Virus record (IMG/VR): IMGVR_UViG_3300028840_006692
Source: an uncultured virus (IMG/VR IMGVR_UViG_3300028840_006692)
Lineage: Duplodnaviria; Heunggongvirae; Uroviricota; Caudoviricetes
DNA length: 20,077 nucleotides
Direction: 5' to 3' (one strand)
This document shows, one piece after another, positions 1 through 7,074 of this stretch. The notes beneath the pieces are model-generated. The model ran no database searches. It saw only the letters and a list, made by a program, of their open reading frames with translations, and was not told the origin of the DNA. Both the position numbers and the translations under genes were made by a program. Position 1 is the stretch's first letter. Each line of letters opens with the position of its first letter.

Positions 1-2
1 TG

Positions 3-596
3 CATCGAGTGGAAGGACCTCCACATTTAGTTCCAGAAATCAGAGTTGTTCAGCGTGTATCCGAGGAAACTGATCTCTACAGGAAAGCCGACGCAGTGCT
101 CAAAGAATGGGTGTTGAGCATGCCAGGAGACACTGTCAATTTCGTGAAGTACGAAATTGATTGGGACAACGGGCAAGCAATGGGGGGTGAAATGTACTTG
201 TCCAGAGATTGGGTGGCACGACACTCCTTTGCGGAATCGCTGAAGAGTGTTGTGGCAGTTTTGGCCGGGCGCGGAACGCTGCAGAAAATAAGTCCTGTTG
301 TGGCAAGCGAGTTTGTTGATTGGGGAAGGGTCCTTCGTGAGTACGATTTTGGAGATACCACGGCAAAACCAGACGCCTATCGCGCTGATCGTTTGGCCGA
401 TCGCATTACCCACATGATCGGTCGCAGGGTCAGAATCAGATACCGTGGAGAAGCCGTGAAATCGATTGGCGATGGACACGTAATCGCTTACCCCGCAAAT
501 GGCAAGCCGTTTACGACGGCCGAGCGGCGTATTCTGTCCGATCAAGGATTTGGGGTTTCGACCTACAGCGCGGTGATTCGATTGGCCTCCGCATAA
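3..596 (+). CDS. 5'-truncated hypothetical protein; N-terminal part weakly resembles an LPD25 (large polyvalent protein-associated) domain
   Basis: Frame is open from base 3 (CAT CGA GTG...), so the gene probably starts upstream of the window; TAA at 594-596. ADAVLKEW..P....VKYEIDWDNG...G.MYL...LAG...LREYDFG loosely recalls LPD25 (by eye only). Confidence 0.6.
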   Translation, partial: HRVEGPPHLVPEIRVVQRVSEETDLYRKADAVLKEWVLSMPGDTVNFVKYEIDWDNGQAMGGEMYLSRDWVARHSFAESLKSVVAVLAGRGTLQKISPVVASEFVDWGRVLREYDFGDTTAKPDAYRADRLADRITHMIGRRVRIRYRGEAVKSIGDGHVIAYPANGKPFTTAERRILSDQGFGVSTYSAVIRLASA

Positions 597-608
597 AGGA
601 AATACCCA

Positions 609-896
609 ATGCTTTGTGCATCTCACGAAGAAACAGCCGAAAATGATGAAACGTGCCCGTATTGTGAGTTACAATACCGCGCAACATTGCAAACTGTGTT
701 TGACGCAGGAATGAGTGTTCTCGAAAAGATGACCTCGGTGGAATTTCTTGCTACTGATGTGGTCAACGCACGGAATAGCGGGTTGGACGAGCTGTTTGCA
801 GCGATCGACAAGTTGGAGGCTGCTCTGAAAGAGCTCGAGGTGGAGCTTTCGGCACTTGATACCTTGTCGGATTTGCCGGTCAAGGTGTCCGAGTAA
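609..896 (+). CDS. Small hypothetical protein: N-terminal CxxH...CxxC putative Zn site followed by an acidic coiled coil
   Basis: AAGGA 7-8 nt before the ATG; MLCASH...CPYC, then heptad-like LDELFAAIDKLEAALKELEVEL; overlaps the convergent gene by 17 bp. Confidence 0.7.
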   Translation: MLCASHEETAENDETCPYCELQYRATLQTVFDAGMSVLEKMTSVEFLATDVVNARNSGLDELFAAIDKLEAALKELEVELSALDTLSDLPVKVSE

Positions 897-2037
897 GTCT
901 TGATTTTGCTGGGCTGTAGGCCCACATGATGAGAGCTAAGTGCCTACGGGTGGGAAGGCCATCTTGGAAAAGCGGTTCTCCGCGTTGCTGCACCTGCGCA
1001 AGATGTCTGGCCACGAAGGCTTCTCGCTTTTGCACCCATGTCTCTGATAGACTACCAGGAACCCCCGATCGTCGATAGGCTGTCAGAAACCCTCTGGGAC
1101 TTCTGGCGACCTGGGACACTCCAAGCTCTGCGGCGAGCGGTTCCCATCGTTCGACCTCTCGCAATGTCAGCCACGGATATGGATTTGGTGTGCTGCGTGT
1201 ATAGCGTTGCTTTGGCGCAAATTTCCATTTCCAAAGGCTGTAGGCTCCGAGGGCTGCAGCCCCGGTCAAAAGTGCCACCATGGGTCCGCTGAGGCCCCCA
1301 TGCGCCTTTTCTTCGCCGGGATAGGTCCTTGCAGCCATCCATGGAGCACCGTAGAAGCTCATGTAGGGCGTGGCAATCTTTAGCACGTGGTACCCGTGGG
1401 GATCTTGCCCTGGTGGGTCTTCGTAGTGGAACCACAGGAAATTACCCTTGGCTTTGGCAAATGTCGGTGGGGCGACACCAGGGGGAACCACCGGCGTCCA
1501 TTCTGTGCCCCCCACTGCGTCCCAAACGTGTTGGAGGCACAGCGCACCCGAGGTGAGAAAATACTCGGTGCGTTGGCCTGTGCTGGGGGACGGTCCCCAG
1601 TATCGGATGGTTTGCCCGTAGGGTCCGTTGGTGGTGGCCACTAGGAGCTTTCCGCTTTCTGGGTTAACTGCTTCCCGGGCGTATTCGAGAAACCCCTGCT
1701 TGGGCTCCGTAGCTGTGCCCCCCTGGAAGCATGCATCGGCAAGGTGCACGTAGCTTACCCTCGCGCGGTCTTGGGGATTTTTGAGAAACGCATTGGCAAA
1801 TCCGTGAAACGCGGAGAAGCCACCGATGCCAAGACTGCCGAGCTGGGTGGGATCGATGCCGGCGGTCTCCGCCATCGTCGGCCAGGCGTACCCAAGCGGG
1901 GCCTCAAACTGTTTGTAGATCTGGAAATTGGCGCTTGAGCCGTTGGCTCCCCTCGTCAACACCTTGGTGGGTGTTTGCCATGTGATCTCTCGAGCTTGCT
2001 TCGGTGTGACGGGGCCACCCCAGTAGAAAAGATCCAT
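880..2037 (-). CDS. Putative alpha/beta-hydrolase-like protein with an internal TM helix and a separate basic C-terminal domain (385 aa)
   Basis: Start moved to ATG 2037 (MDLFYWGG), 6 nt after TGcTATGAT; the upstream extension overlaps an RHH gene. Nucleophile-elbow-like LGIGGFSAF, candidate acid in VHLADAC, candidate His in DPHGYH; TM MVALLTGAAALGAYSLW. Confidence 0.6.
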   Translation of the reverse strand: MDLFYWGGPVTPKQAREITWQTPTKVLTRGANGSSANFQIYKQFEAPLGYAWPTMAETAGIDPTQLGSLGIGGFSAFHGFANAFLKNPQDRARVSYVHLADACFQGGTATEPKQGFLEYAREAVNPESGKLLVATTNGPYGQTIRYWGPSPSTGQRTEYFLTSGALCLQHVWDAVGGTEWTPVVPPGVAPPTFAKAKGNFLWFHYEDPPGQDPHGYHVLKIATPYMSFYGAPWMAARTYPGEEKAHGGLSGPMVALLTGAAALGAYSLWKWKFAPKQRYTRSTPNPYPWLTLREVERWEPLAAELGVSQVARSPRGFLTAYRRSGVPGSLSETWVQKREAFVARHLAQVQQRGEPLFQDGLPTRRHLALIMWAYSPAKSRLTRTP

Positions 2038-2043
2038 GTGGGG

Positions 2044-2052
2044 ATCATAGCA
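2044..2052 (-). promoter_or_regulatory. Extended -10 promoter (TGcTATGAT), probable leaderless transcript
   Basis: Minus strand reads gTGCTATGATccccacATG; TGn plus 5/6 match to TATAAT, 6 nt before ATG 2037; no SD present. Confidence 0.6.
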
Positions 2053-2239
2053 CACCGGGATCCGCACATGGATCCGAATTGGGGGTAGTCTTGTTGAGGG
2101 TTTCGTCGCCTTGCGCGATGCATTGCCTGATAAACTCAGATATGCTGAGGTTGCTGATGGCTGAAAGTGCCTCGAGGCACTTTCGGCCATTGCGGGTAAG
2201 TCTGATTGTGACGGTGGTTGTGCGGTTATCCTTCGGCAT
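2045..2239 (-). CDS. Ribbon-helix-helix (CopG/Arc/MetJ-like) DNA-binding protein (64 aa)
   Basis: From ATG 2239: TTTVTIRL beta-strand, helix RKCLEALSAISN, turn, helix SISEFIRQCI, a typical RHH pattern. Confidence 0.7.
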   Translation of the reverse strand: MPKDNRTTTVTIRLTRNGRKCLEALSAISNLSISEFIRQCIAQGDETLNKTTPNSDPCADPGVL

Positions 2240-2555
2240 TTGGTACCCCGCTTTCTGAAGATACACGTTCTGTTTTAAGCTTATCGAAAAATGCCATCAC
2301 TCGATCATGCTCGCTATTAGACGCCGCGTCGATTTGAAATCGATCATATAGGTCTTCTGGTAGCGGGCGCAAGCATAACCCAAACGCCAGATCTTCAGTT
2401 ATATAGCTTGCCGAATTGTTTGGAAATACCTTCTTGTGGGCGTACCACAGTAGGATGGTGATAATGTCTGTGGCACTCGATCCTGTGCGGCGCTGCAAGT
2501 CTCTGATTATGGCCTCTGTGCTCGCATCAGTGCGGATTGTGATTTTTCCATTCAT
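2226..2555 (-). CDS. Probable ribbon-helix-helix protein with C-terminal extension (109 aa)
   Basis: Strong SD (AGGAGG-5nt-ATG); KITIRTD strand, TEAIIRDLQRRTG helix, SATDIITILL helix. Confidence 0.6.
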   Translation of the reverse strand: MNGKITIRTDASTEAIIRDLQRRTGSSATDIITILLWYAHKKVFPNNSASYITEDLAFGLCLRPLPEDLYDRFQIDAASNSEHDRVMAFFDKLKTERVSSESGVPNAEG

Positions 2556-2564
2556 TTGTACCTC

Positions 2565-3308
2565 CTAAACTTTCACCGATTCCCATCCTTGTGGGGCGTG
2601 GCAATAGGATCGATATGGGACAAGCTCGCATGTCTGCCAAACCCACCCAAGCACCCGGCGAGTGGAGTACCCGTCTCGGGGGTCGGCGTTGGGCACCCAA
2701 ACCTTCCCGTGCGACATCTCCCATTTTCGCCGGCGCAGTTTGATGCATTGCAGACCTGATTCGTCGACTTGCCCGCCGTCCACCGATACCATCACGTCAT
2801 CCTCCCAGGCAACGACGGTGAACGCATGCTCAATGCCCCCATACGTCTCGCCGGCCGACCGGCAGCCGATGATCACATAGTCTCCGGGTAGAGGTTTGGG
2901 GTCCAGCTTGGATTGGTTCTTGGCAAGATGCCATGCTCCGATTTTGGTCGCCCAAGCGATGGTTCTGGTCACCGATTGGTATTTCTGGGCCGGCCAGTAT
3001 GGTTGCCAAAGACACGGGTTGTCCACGCCAGACATACGGGCGATCCCCTCGGCAACCAGCCCGCACGTCGAAACGCCTTGTGTTTGCCATTTGCCGTCTT
3101 CCTTCCAGCATCGAAAGGGTACGTTCAACGGCCATTTGGTGTTTGGGTAGGGCTTGCCCAACAGCTCCTCGAAAGCTGCATAGGTCTTTTTGTTGCTTGC
3201 TGAGATGCCTATGCAACGGAGGGCATTAGCCACAAGGACTTTTTGTCGGGATTTGGAATCTGTGAGGGGTGTTTGGATGACTTCGATCGGCGTGTCAAAT
3301 GTGATCAT
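2565..3308 (-). CDS. CHAP/NlpC-P60-like cysteine hydrolase, putative peptidoglycan endopeptidase/endolysin (247 aa)
   Basis: Start moved to ATG 3308 (MITFDTP). Motif order STCGL (Cys), PLPGDYVII, IEHAFTVV (His), VSVDGGQ fits the CHAP/NlpC-P60 fold; no signal peptide. Confidence 0.7.
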   Translation of the reverse strand: MITFDTPIEVIQTPLTDSKSRQKVLVANALRCIGISASNKKTYAAFEELLGKPYPNTKWPLNVPFRCWKEDGKWQTQGVSTCGLVAEGIARMSGVDNPCLWQPYWPAQKYQSVTRTIAWATKIGAWHLAKNQSKLDPKPLPGDYVIIGCRSAGETYGGIEHAFTVVAWEDDVMVSVDGGQVDESGLQCIKLRRRKWEMSHGKVWVPNADPRDGYSTRRVLGWVWQTCELVPYRSYCHAPQGWESVKV

Positions 3309-3314
3309 GCTGTG

Positions 3315-3323
3315 ATGATAGCA
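3315..3323 (-). promoter_or_regulatory. Extended -10 promoter (TGcTATCAT), probable leaderless transcript
   Basis: Minus strand reads gTGCTATCATcacagcATG; same layout as the 2044-2052 motif, 6 nt before ATG 3308; no SD. Confidence 0.6.
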
Positions 3324-3327
3324 CGAC

Positions 3328-3855
3328 TTATCGGCGTTTGCGTCCTTTGGGCCAAAGAGCCACGACTGCACCAGCTGCAAGCAGCCCAATTCCTACCCAA
3401 GCCAGAATGTTCGTTTCCTCGTCGACGCCTACGGTGGTTCCCACCGGGGTGGTGGTTGGAGGCGTGGTGGTTGGAGGCGTGGTGGTTGGAGGCGTGGTGG
3501 TTGGAGGCGTGGTGGTTGGAGGGCGTGTTTGGACTGCCTGCGCGCGTTCTCTTTGCAAGTGTCCAAGTATTTCTTGCAGCCCTTTACGATCCTTTTGCAG
3601 TAAATCTTTTTGCCGTATGAGCTCTTGCATAGTAGCTTGCAGCCCGGCAACTGCTCCTGCTTGCTCTTCGGGGGTGTAATTGGGGTTGTTGTAGACTTCG
3701 GCCATCGTTTGCTGCGTGATGTCCATTTGCTGATTGATCGTGCTGATCTGCCCGTCGATATCGGCAATTCTTGCTTGGACGATGGCGATATCAGCATCGA
3801 TCTCTTGGACGCTGCGTCCTAGGAATCCGTAGCCGTAAAAATGCTGTGGGTACAT
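3328..3855 (-). CDS. Tail-anchored membrane protein: coiled-coil hairpin, (PPTTT)5 linker, C-terminal TM and basic tail (175 aa)
   Basis: SD AAGGAG before ATG 3855 (MYPQHFYGYGFLG); heptads IDADIAIVQARIADIDGQI; TM ILAWVGIGLLAAGAVVALW followed by PKGRKRR. Confidence 0.8.
   Translation of the reverse strand: MYPQHFYGYGFLGRSVQEIDADIAIVQARIADIDGQISTINQQMDITQQTMAEVYNNPNYTPEEQAGAVAGLQATMQELIRQKDLLQKDRKGLQEILGHLQRERAQAVQTRPPTTTPPTTTPPTTTPPTTTPPTTTPVGTTVGVDEETNILAWVGIGLLAAGAVVALWPKGRKRR
3449..3523. repeat. Five tandem 15-bp repeats (gtggtggttggaggc) encoding PPTTT on the - strand
   Basis: Four exact copies plus a fifth differing at its last base; no spacers. Confidence 0.95.
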
Positions 3856-3865
3856 GTTTTGCTCC

Positions 3866-4120
3866 TTATTGGCAAACTTCGGCCGTGGCGCAATTTGCGG
3901 CTCCGCTGATGCACCCAATCGGCCATGGAAACCCATTTAGGTCTGAGTTTTTGCAAACTTCTTCGCATGAGGCGCCCTTTTGCGTTGGCTTGCCGAGCTC
4001 GCACCCCATCGATTGCAGATGTGCGCATACTCCCGCGCAGTCTTTGAGGGTTGGGGGTGGTTGTGGTTCTGGACAGCCAGATAATAGTAAAACGCAAAAT
4101 GCGATAATTGCGCGCTTCAT
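3866..4120 (-). CDS. Small Cys-rich lipoprotein (84 aa)
   Basis: MKR + hydrophobic core + lipobox LSGC (Cys16), Pro-rich tether PEPQPPP, then 8 further Cys; starts 2 nt after the peptidase stop codon. Confidence 0.8.
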   Translation of the reverse strand: MKRAIIAFCVLLLSGCPEPQPPPTLKDCAGVCAHLQSMGCELGKPTQKGASCEEVCKNSDLNGFPWPIGCISGAANCATAEVCQ

Positions 4121-4122
4121 GT

Positions 4123-4938
4123 TTACTTCTGCCTCAATGCGATTGGTGTGTATGTGGGCACTGACATTATAGCAAATACGTCATCGACCAGATAGGATCC
4201 AAACAAACCCGGAGATATTTTTCCAATTCCGTTGTCGTACCCCCACTCATCCCACCAGTTGTCAACGATGAGGTTGCCATGATTATCGATTTCCAGCACG
4301 GTTTGCATGTGCCCTCCAATGATGTCGCCATCGTCGATGGCATCGATGGGGGCTTCCGATTTGTGCTGGGTGTATGCCTCATCGCACCAAATACCAAAAA
4401 TCACAGGCCACCCCTTGCGCAAGCATTCGGCCACTGCAGTCACCCGCGCCTGATGTGTTTCCACTATGCGAATCCACCGGAAATTGGATCCGTGTTGGTC
4501 GTAGGCTTTTCGGACGACCATTGGTGTGGGCTGATCTGTTAGGCTTTGCCATGTTTCAGGCCAGTCTAGCGCTTGAACGAAACCCACCGAGTGGATTCCG
4601 CGCAAAGCTAACGTTGGGTGACAACCTCGATCTATCAACGGTGGAAGGGGTCGGGTGTAGGGGGCTTCTTGACGGCGAGCTGCGGTGTAGATAAACGTCG
4701 CGCTTGCTGGACGTGGTAGAGGCACACCGTGCATTCGATGGGACATGTAGATCGCTCGTTTGAGCGCGTAGCCCACACAAGATTGACCTACTTGCCAAAA
4801 TCTCGGACCGCGCACGTGACGCAAGCTGGCACTGGTGCGCCCTTTGCGCAAATCTTGCATTTGCGCCAGCCATTGCGTGCTATGGCGGTCTTTCGGGTCT
4901 GGCGTGTCTTTGATCCATCCAAGCAGCTTTGCGGCCAT
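4123..4938 (-). CDS. Papain-family (C1A, xylellain-like) cysteine peptidase
   Basis: N-terminal GWIKDTPDPKD; oxyanion Q49 and catalytic C54 (QVGQSCVGYA); PVIFGI; GGH (H210); IVDNWWDEWG..G (N227, NSW variant). Confidence 0.85.
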   Translation of the reverse strand: MAAKLLGWIKDTPDPKDRHSTQWLAQMQDLRKGRTSASLRHVRGPRFWQVGQSCVGYALKRAIYMSHRMHGVPLPRPASATFIYTAARRQEAPYTRPLPPLIDRGCHPTLALRGIHSVGFVQALDWPETWQSLTDQPTPMVVRKAYDQHGSNFRWIRIVETHQARVTAVAECLRKGWPVIFGIWCDEAYTQHKSEAPIDAIDDGDIIGGHMQTVLEIDNHGNLIVDNWWDEWGYDNGIGKISPGLFGSYLVDDVFAIMSVPTYTPIALRQK

Positions 4939-4945
4939 TGGGTAC

Positions 4946-5257
4946 CTATCGCGATGTGATGTTGATTGCGCTAACTAATGCATCTTCTGTGAGAACGCCG
5001 GCTTTCTGAAAAACCACCGACGCTTTTCGGATCACAACGATTGTGGGCACTGCTTTGACGCCGAGCTCATTGGCCATCGGCGCATCTTCGATATTTACCT
5101 TGAAGAACGGCAAATGTGGCATTTTTCTTGCCACCTTCTCAACCACAGGCCCAAAATGTTTGCAGGGGGTACACCAGGAAGCAGAAAAGTAGATCACCGC
5201 GTCCTTGTGTCCAGATATGAGATTTTGTAGATTTACTGTGGTCGCGTCGTATAGCAT
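4946..5257 (-). CDS. Thioredoxin
   Basis: 103 aa; YFSASWCTPCK active site, FKVNIE, cis-Pro motif GVKAVPT; no signal peptide. Confidence 0.92.
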   Translation of the reverse strand: MLYDATTVNLQNLISGHKDAVIYFSASWCTPCKHFGPVVEKVARKMPHLPFFKVNIEDAPMANELGVKAVPTIVVIRKASVVFQKAGVLTEDALVSAINITSR

Positions 5258-5260
5258 GGT

Positions 5261-5710
5261 TTACTCTTGGGCTAAAGTGTAGACAATAGGGTCCTTTATG
5301 CCTACGCATGGCTCCTGACATGTACCCATAACCGGAACGATTGTACGGATAACTTTCCAGGCGTCTAAGAAGACTTGGAAGATCTCAGGGACGTGCTGCG
5401 CCTCGCAGGCGCCCACTGAAGCGGCTAATGCAGTGGAGGCAACCCGCAACCCATCATGGGCTTGTCGGATGGCCTGACGTGCCCTCTCTGCCGTCTCTGG
5501 GGGGAGATTTGCGGTGAGCACAGCAAGCTGTGCTTGGTCCAGCGCGGCTTGTGCGTCATCCACCAAAGACTGCGCCTGGACGACGTGGGGGATGGTATCC
5601 CGACATGAGCAGCCGGTCAGGCATGACCCAAGAATGCCTATGGCCCAACCGGCTAGAGCGCATGCAATTGCATAGGGGAAGATGCGTTGGTAGTGTTGGT
5701 TTAGGTTCAT
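5261..5710 (-). CDS. Membrane-anchored or lipidated helical protein (149 aa), possibly spanin-like
   Basis: N-terminal hydrophobic segment ending LGSCLTGCSC (possible lipobox), then an Ala/Gln-rich helical hairpin; ATGA overlap with the upstream gene. Confidence 0.65.
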   Translation of the reverse strand: MNLNQHYQRIFPYAIACALAGWAIGILGSCLTGCSCRDTIPHVVQAQSLVDDAQAALDQAQLAVLTANLPPETAERARQAIRQAHDGLRVASTALAASVGACEAQHVPEIFQVFLDAWKVIRTIVPVMGTCQEPCVGIKDPIVYTLAQE

Positions 5711-6282
5711 TTTGTAAATCCATACAAGCCGTCAAACGTTTCTAGGATGTTTTGGCCCACCAAAGGAGGTTCGAACACCTCGTCTTCTTTGGTGGCGCAC
5801 ACGTACATTGTAAGCGCTTGTTTGCTTTGAGCGTCGGATTTTTCAGCTTTTTTGGTATATTGCTTGATGAGGTCTACAAGCCCGTCGATTGTAACCACAG
5901 TGTACGGGTGCGGTGCCCCTAGCCAGGGACTACCTAAAAGATAGCTTGCGCTGTCTAAGTATAAACCAAGAGCTTTTAGTCGAGGGTCTATATCTAGCAC
6001 GTTAGGCAGCAGGATTTGCGTGTTTACTGGCCTTTCCTTGTGCTCCCTCATCCAAGCAGTTGCGTTTTCCAGCAAGATGTAGAAAATGTAAAGCAAGCTA
6101 TAATTCAGCTGGGATTCTTGCCAATGGCTATGCGCGTCAGGCGTAACAACAACGTCTATAAAATCATCTGCGTTGCCAAATTTTTTTATAGAAGCATGCG
6201 TTTTTCTACATAGTGCACTTTTGGGCGCATAGCTAACCTTGACCGGGGCACCTCTGAAGTACTCATCGATGATGCCTATCAT
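5707..6282 (-). CDS. Hypothetical protein (191 aa)
   Basis: ATG 6282 overlaps the upstream stop (ATGA), and its own stop overlaps the next ATG; no recognisable motif. Confidence 0.65.
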   Translation of the reverse strand: MIGIIDEYFRGAPVKVSYAPKSALCRKTHASIKKFGNADDFIDVVVTPDAHSHWQESQLNYSLLYIFYILLENATAWMREHKERPVNTQILLPNVLDIDPRLKALGLYLDSASYLLGSPWLGAPHPYTVVTIDGLVDLIKQYTKKAEKSDAQSKQALTMYVCATKEDEVFEPPLVGQNILETFDGLYGFTK

Positions 6283-6458
6283 GTCGAAGTTGTGTGTCTT
6301 CCCCACACTGAAGGATAGGTTGCTCGTGTCTTGCTCGTGTCTTGGTCGTATTTGGAAACCTTGATTGCGTAAGAGTCTGGACCGAGATATTGAAAAACTC
6401 GGTCGTGTTGCTCTATTGATAGCTCAGGGTTGTATTCTGGTTCGAGGTATCGTGTCAT
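6279..6458 (-). CDS. Small hypothetical protein (59 aa)
   Basis: ATGA overlaps at both ends (6455-6458, 6279-6282), exactly filling the gap between its neighbours. Confidence 0.6.
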   Translation of the reverse strand: MTRYLEPEYNPELSIEQHDRVFQYLGPDSYAIKVSKYDQDTSKTRATYPSVWGRHTTST

Positions 6459-7066
6459 GTTGCACCTAGTGAATGCTTGAGGTACCACACAAGAGCTGCA
6501 CCTATGGCGGCTGATATCGTCCCGACGAACACGATTACGGATAGAATAGCCGCCACGGTTCGAATCTTGCGCTCAAACTCCAGGGGTTTGGCGGCTTCCT
6601 TGGCCTGCATTTCTTGCGATTCCTTAGCCAGCCGGTAAAGCTCCACCACTGTTTTTGCGATGCCGGATCCTTCATGTCCTGTGGCCTCGTTGGGGGCCAC
6701 CCCGATGGTAGCTTCCAGGCGATGGATTGCTCGAGACATACCGGTGCCGCTGGACCGCTCGGAGGGTGCTTCACCGACACGTTCGGTGAGGGCGTGTAAT
6801 TCTTTTTGGGTGCTCACAGCTGAAGCTTGGAGCAGTGCAAGGTCGCCGGCAATCCCACTGCCCTTGCTATTGCCCTGTGGAGGTAATCCCACACGATCGG
6901 CAAGTGCGAGAAAATCTACCCTGAGCTGCTGAACCTCGAGCTCGGCGTTGGCGATTGCTGCCAGTGTGCCTCCTTGATCTTGTTCGAGTTGGTTCAGCTG
7001 CTTTTGTTGGTAGTCCATTTTCTTTTGGATTGCAACAATGCGCTCAGTGTCGGTTTTTTCGGGCAT
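6455..7066 (-). CDS. Segmented coiled-coil protein with three loop repeats and a C-terminal TM (203 aa)
   Basis: Start moved to ATG 7066 (MPEKTDT), just after the holin-like gene. Repeats RVGLPP..KGSGI / RVGEAP..SGTGM / TIGVAP..EGSGI; TM VAAILSVIVFVGTISAAIGAALVWYL. Confidence 0.75.
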   Translation of the reverse strand: MPEKTDTERIVAIQKKMDYQQKQLNQLEQDQGGTLAAIANAELEVQQLRVDFLALADRVGLPPQGNSKGSGIAGDLALLQASAVSTQKELHALTERVGEAPSERSSGTGMSRAIHRLEATIGVAPNEATGHEGSGIAKTVVELYRLAKESQEMQAKEAAKPLEFERKIRTVAAILSVIVFVGTISAAIGAALVWYLKHSLGAT

Positions 7067-7074
7067 GATCAAAC

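Noticed and set aside
3328..3420. MYXO-CTERM/PEP-CTERM/LPxTG sorting signal
   Set aside because: TM plus basic tail is present, but there is no signature motif and no N-terminal signal peptide.
3449..3523. CRISPR array
   Set aside because: 15-bp units are contiguous with no spacers and encode PPTTT; no cas genes.
3866..5710. Firm call of an Rz/Rz1-type spanin pair (5261-5710 and 3866-4120)
   Set aside because: The genes are separated by two others and the 8-Cys domain is atypical; kept only as a possibility.
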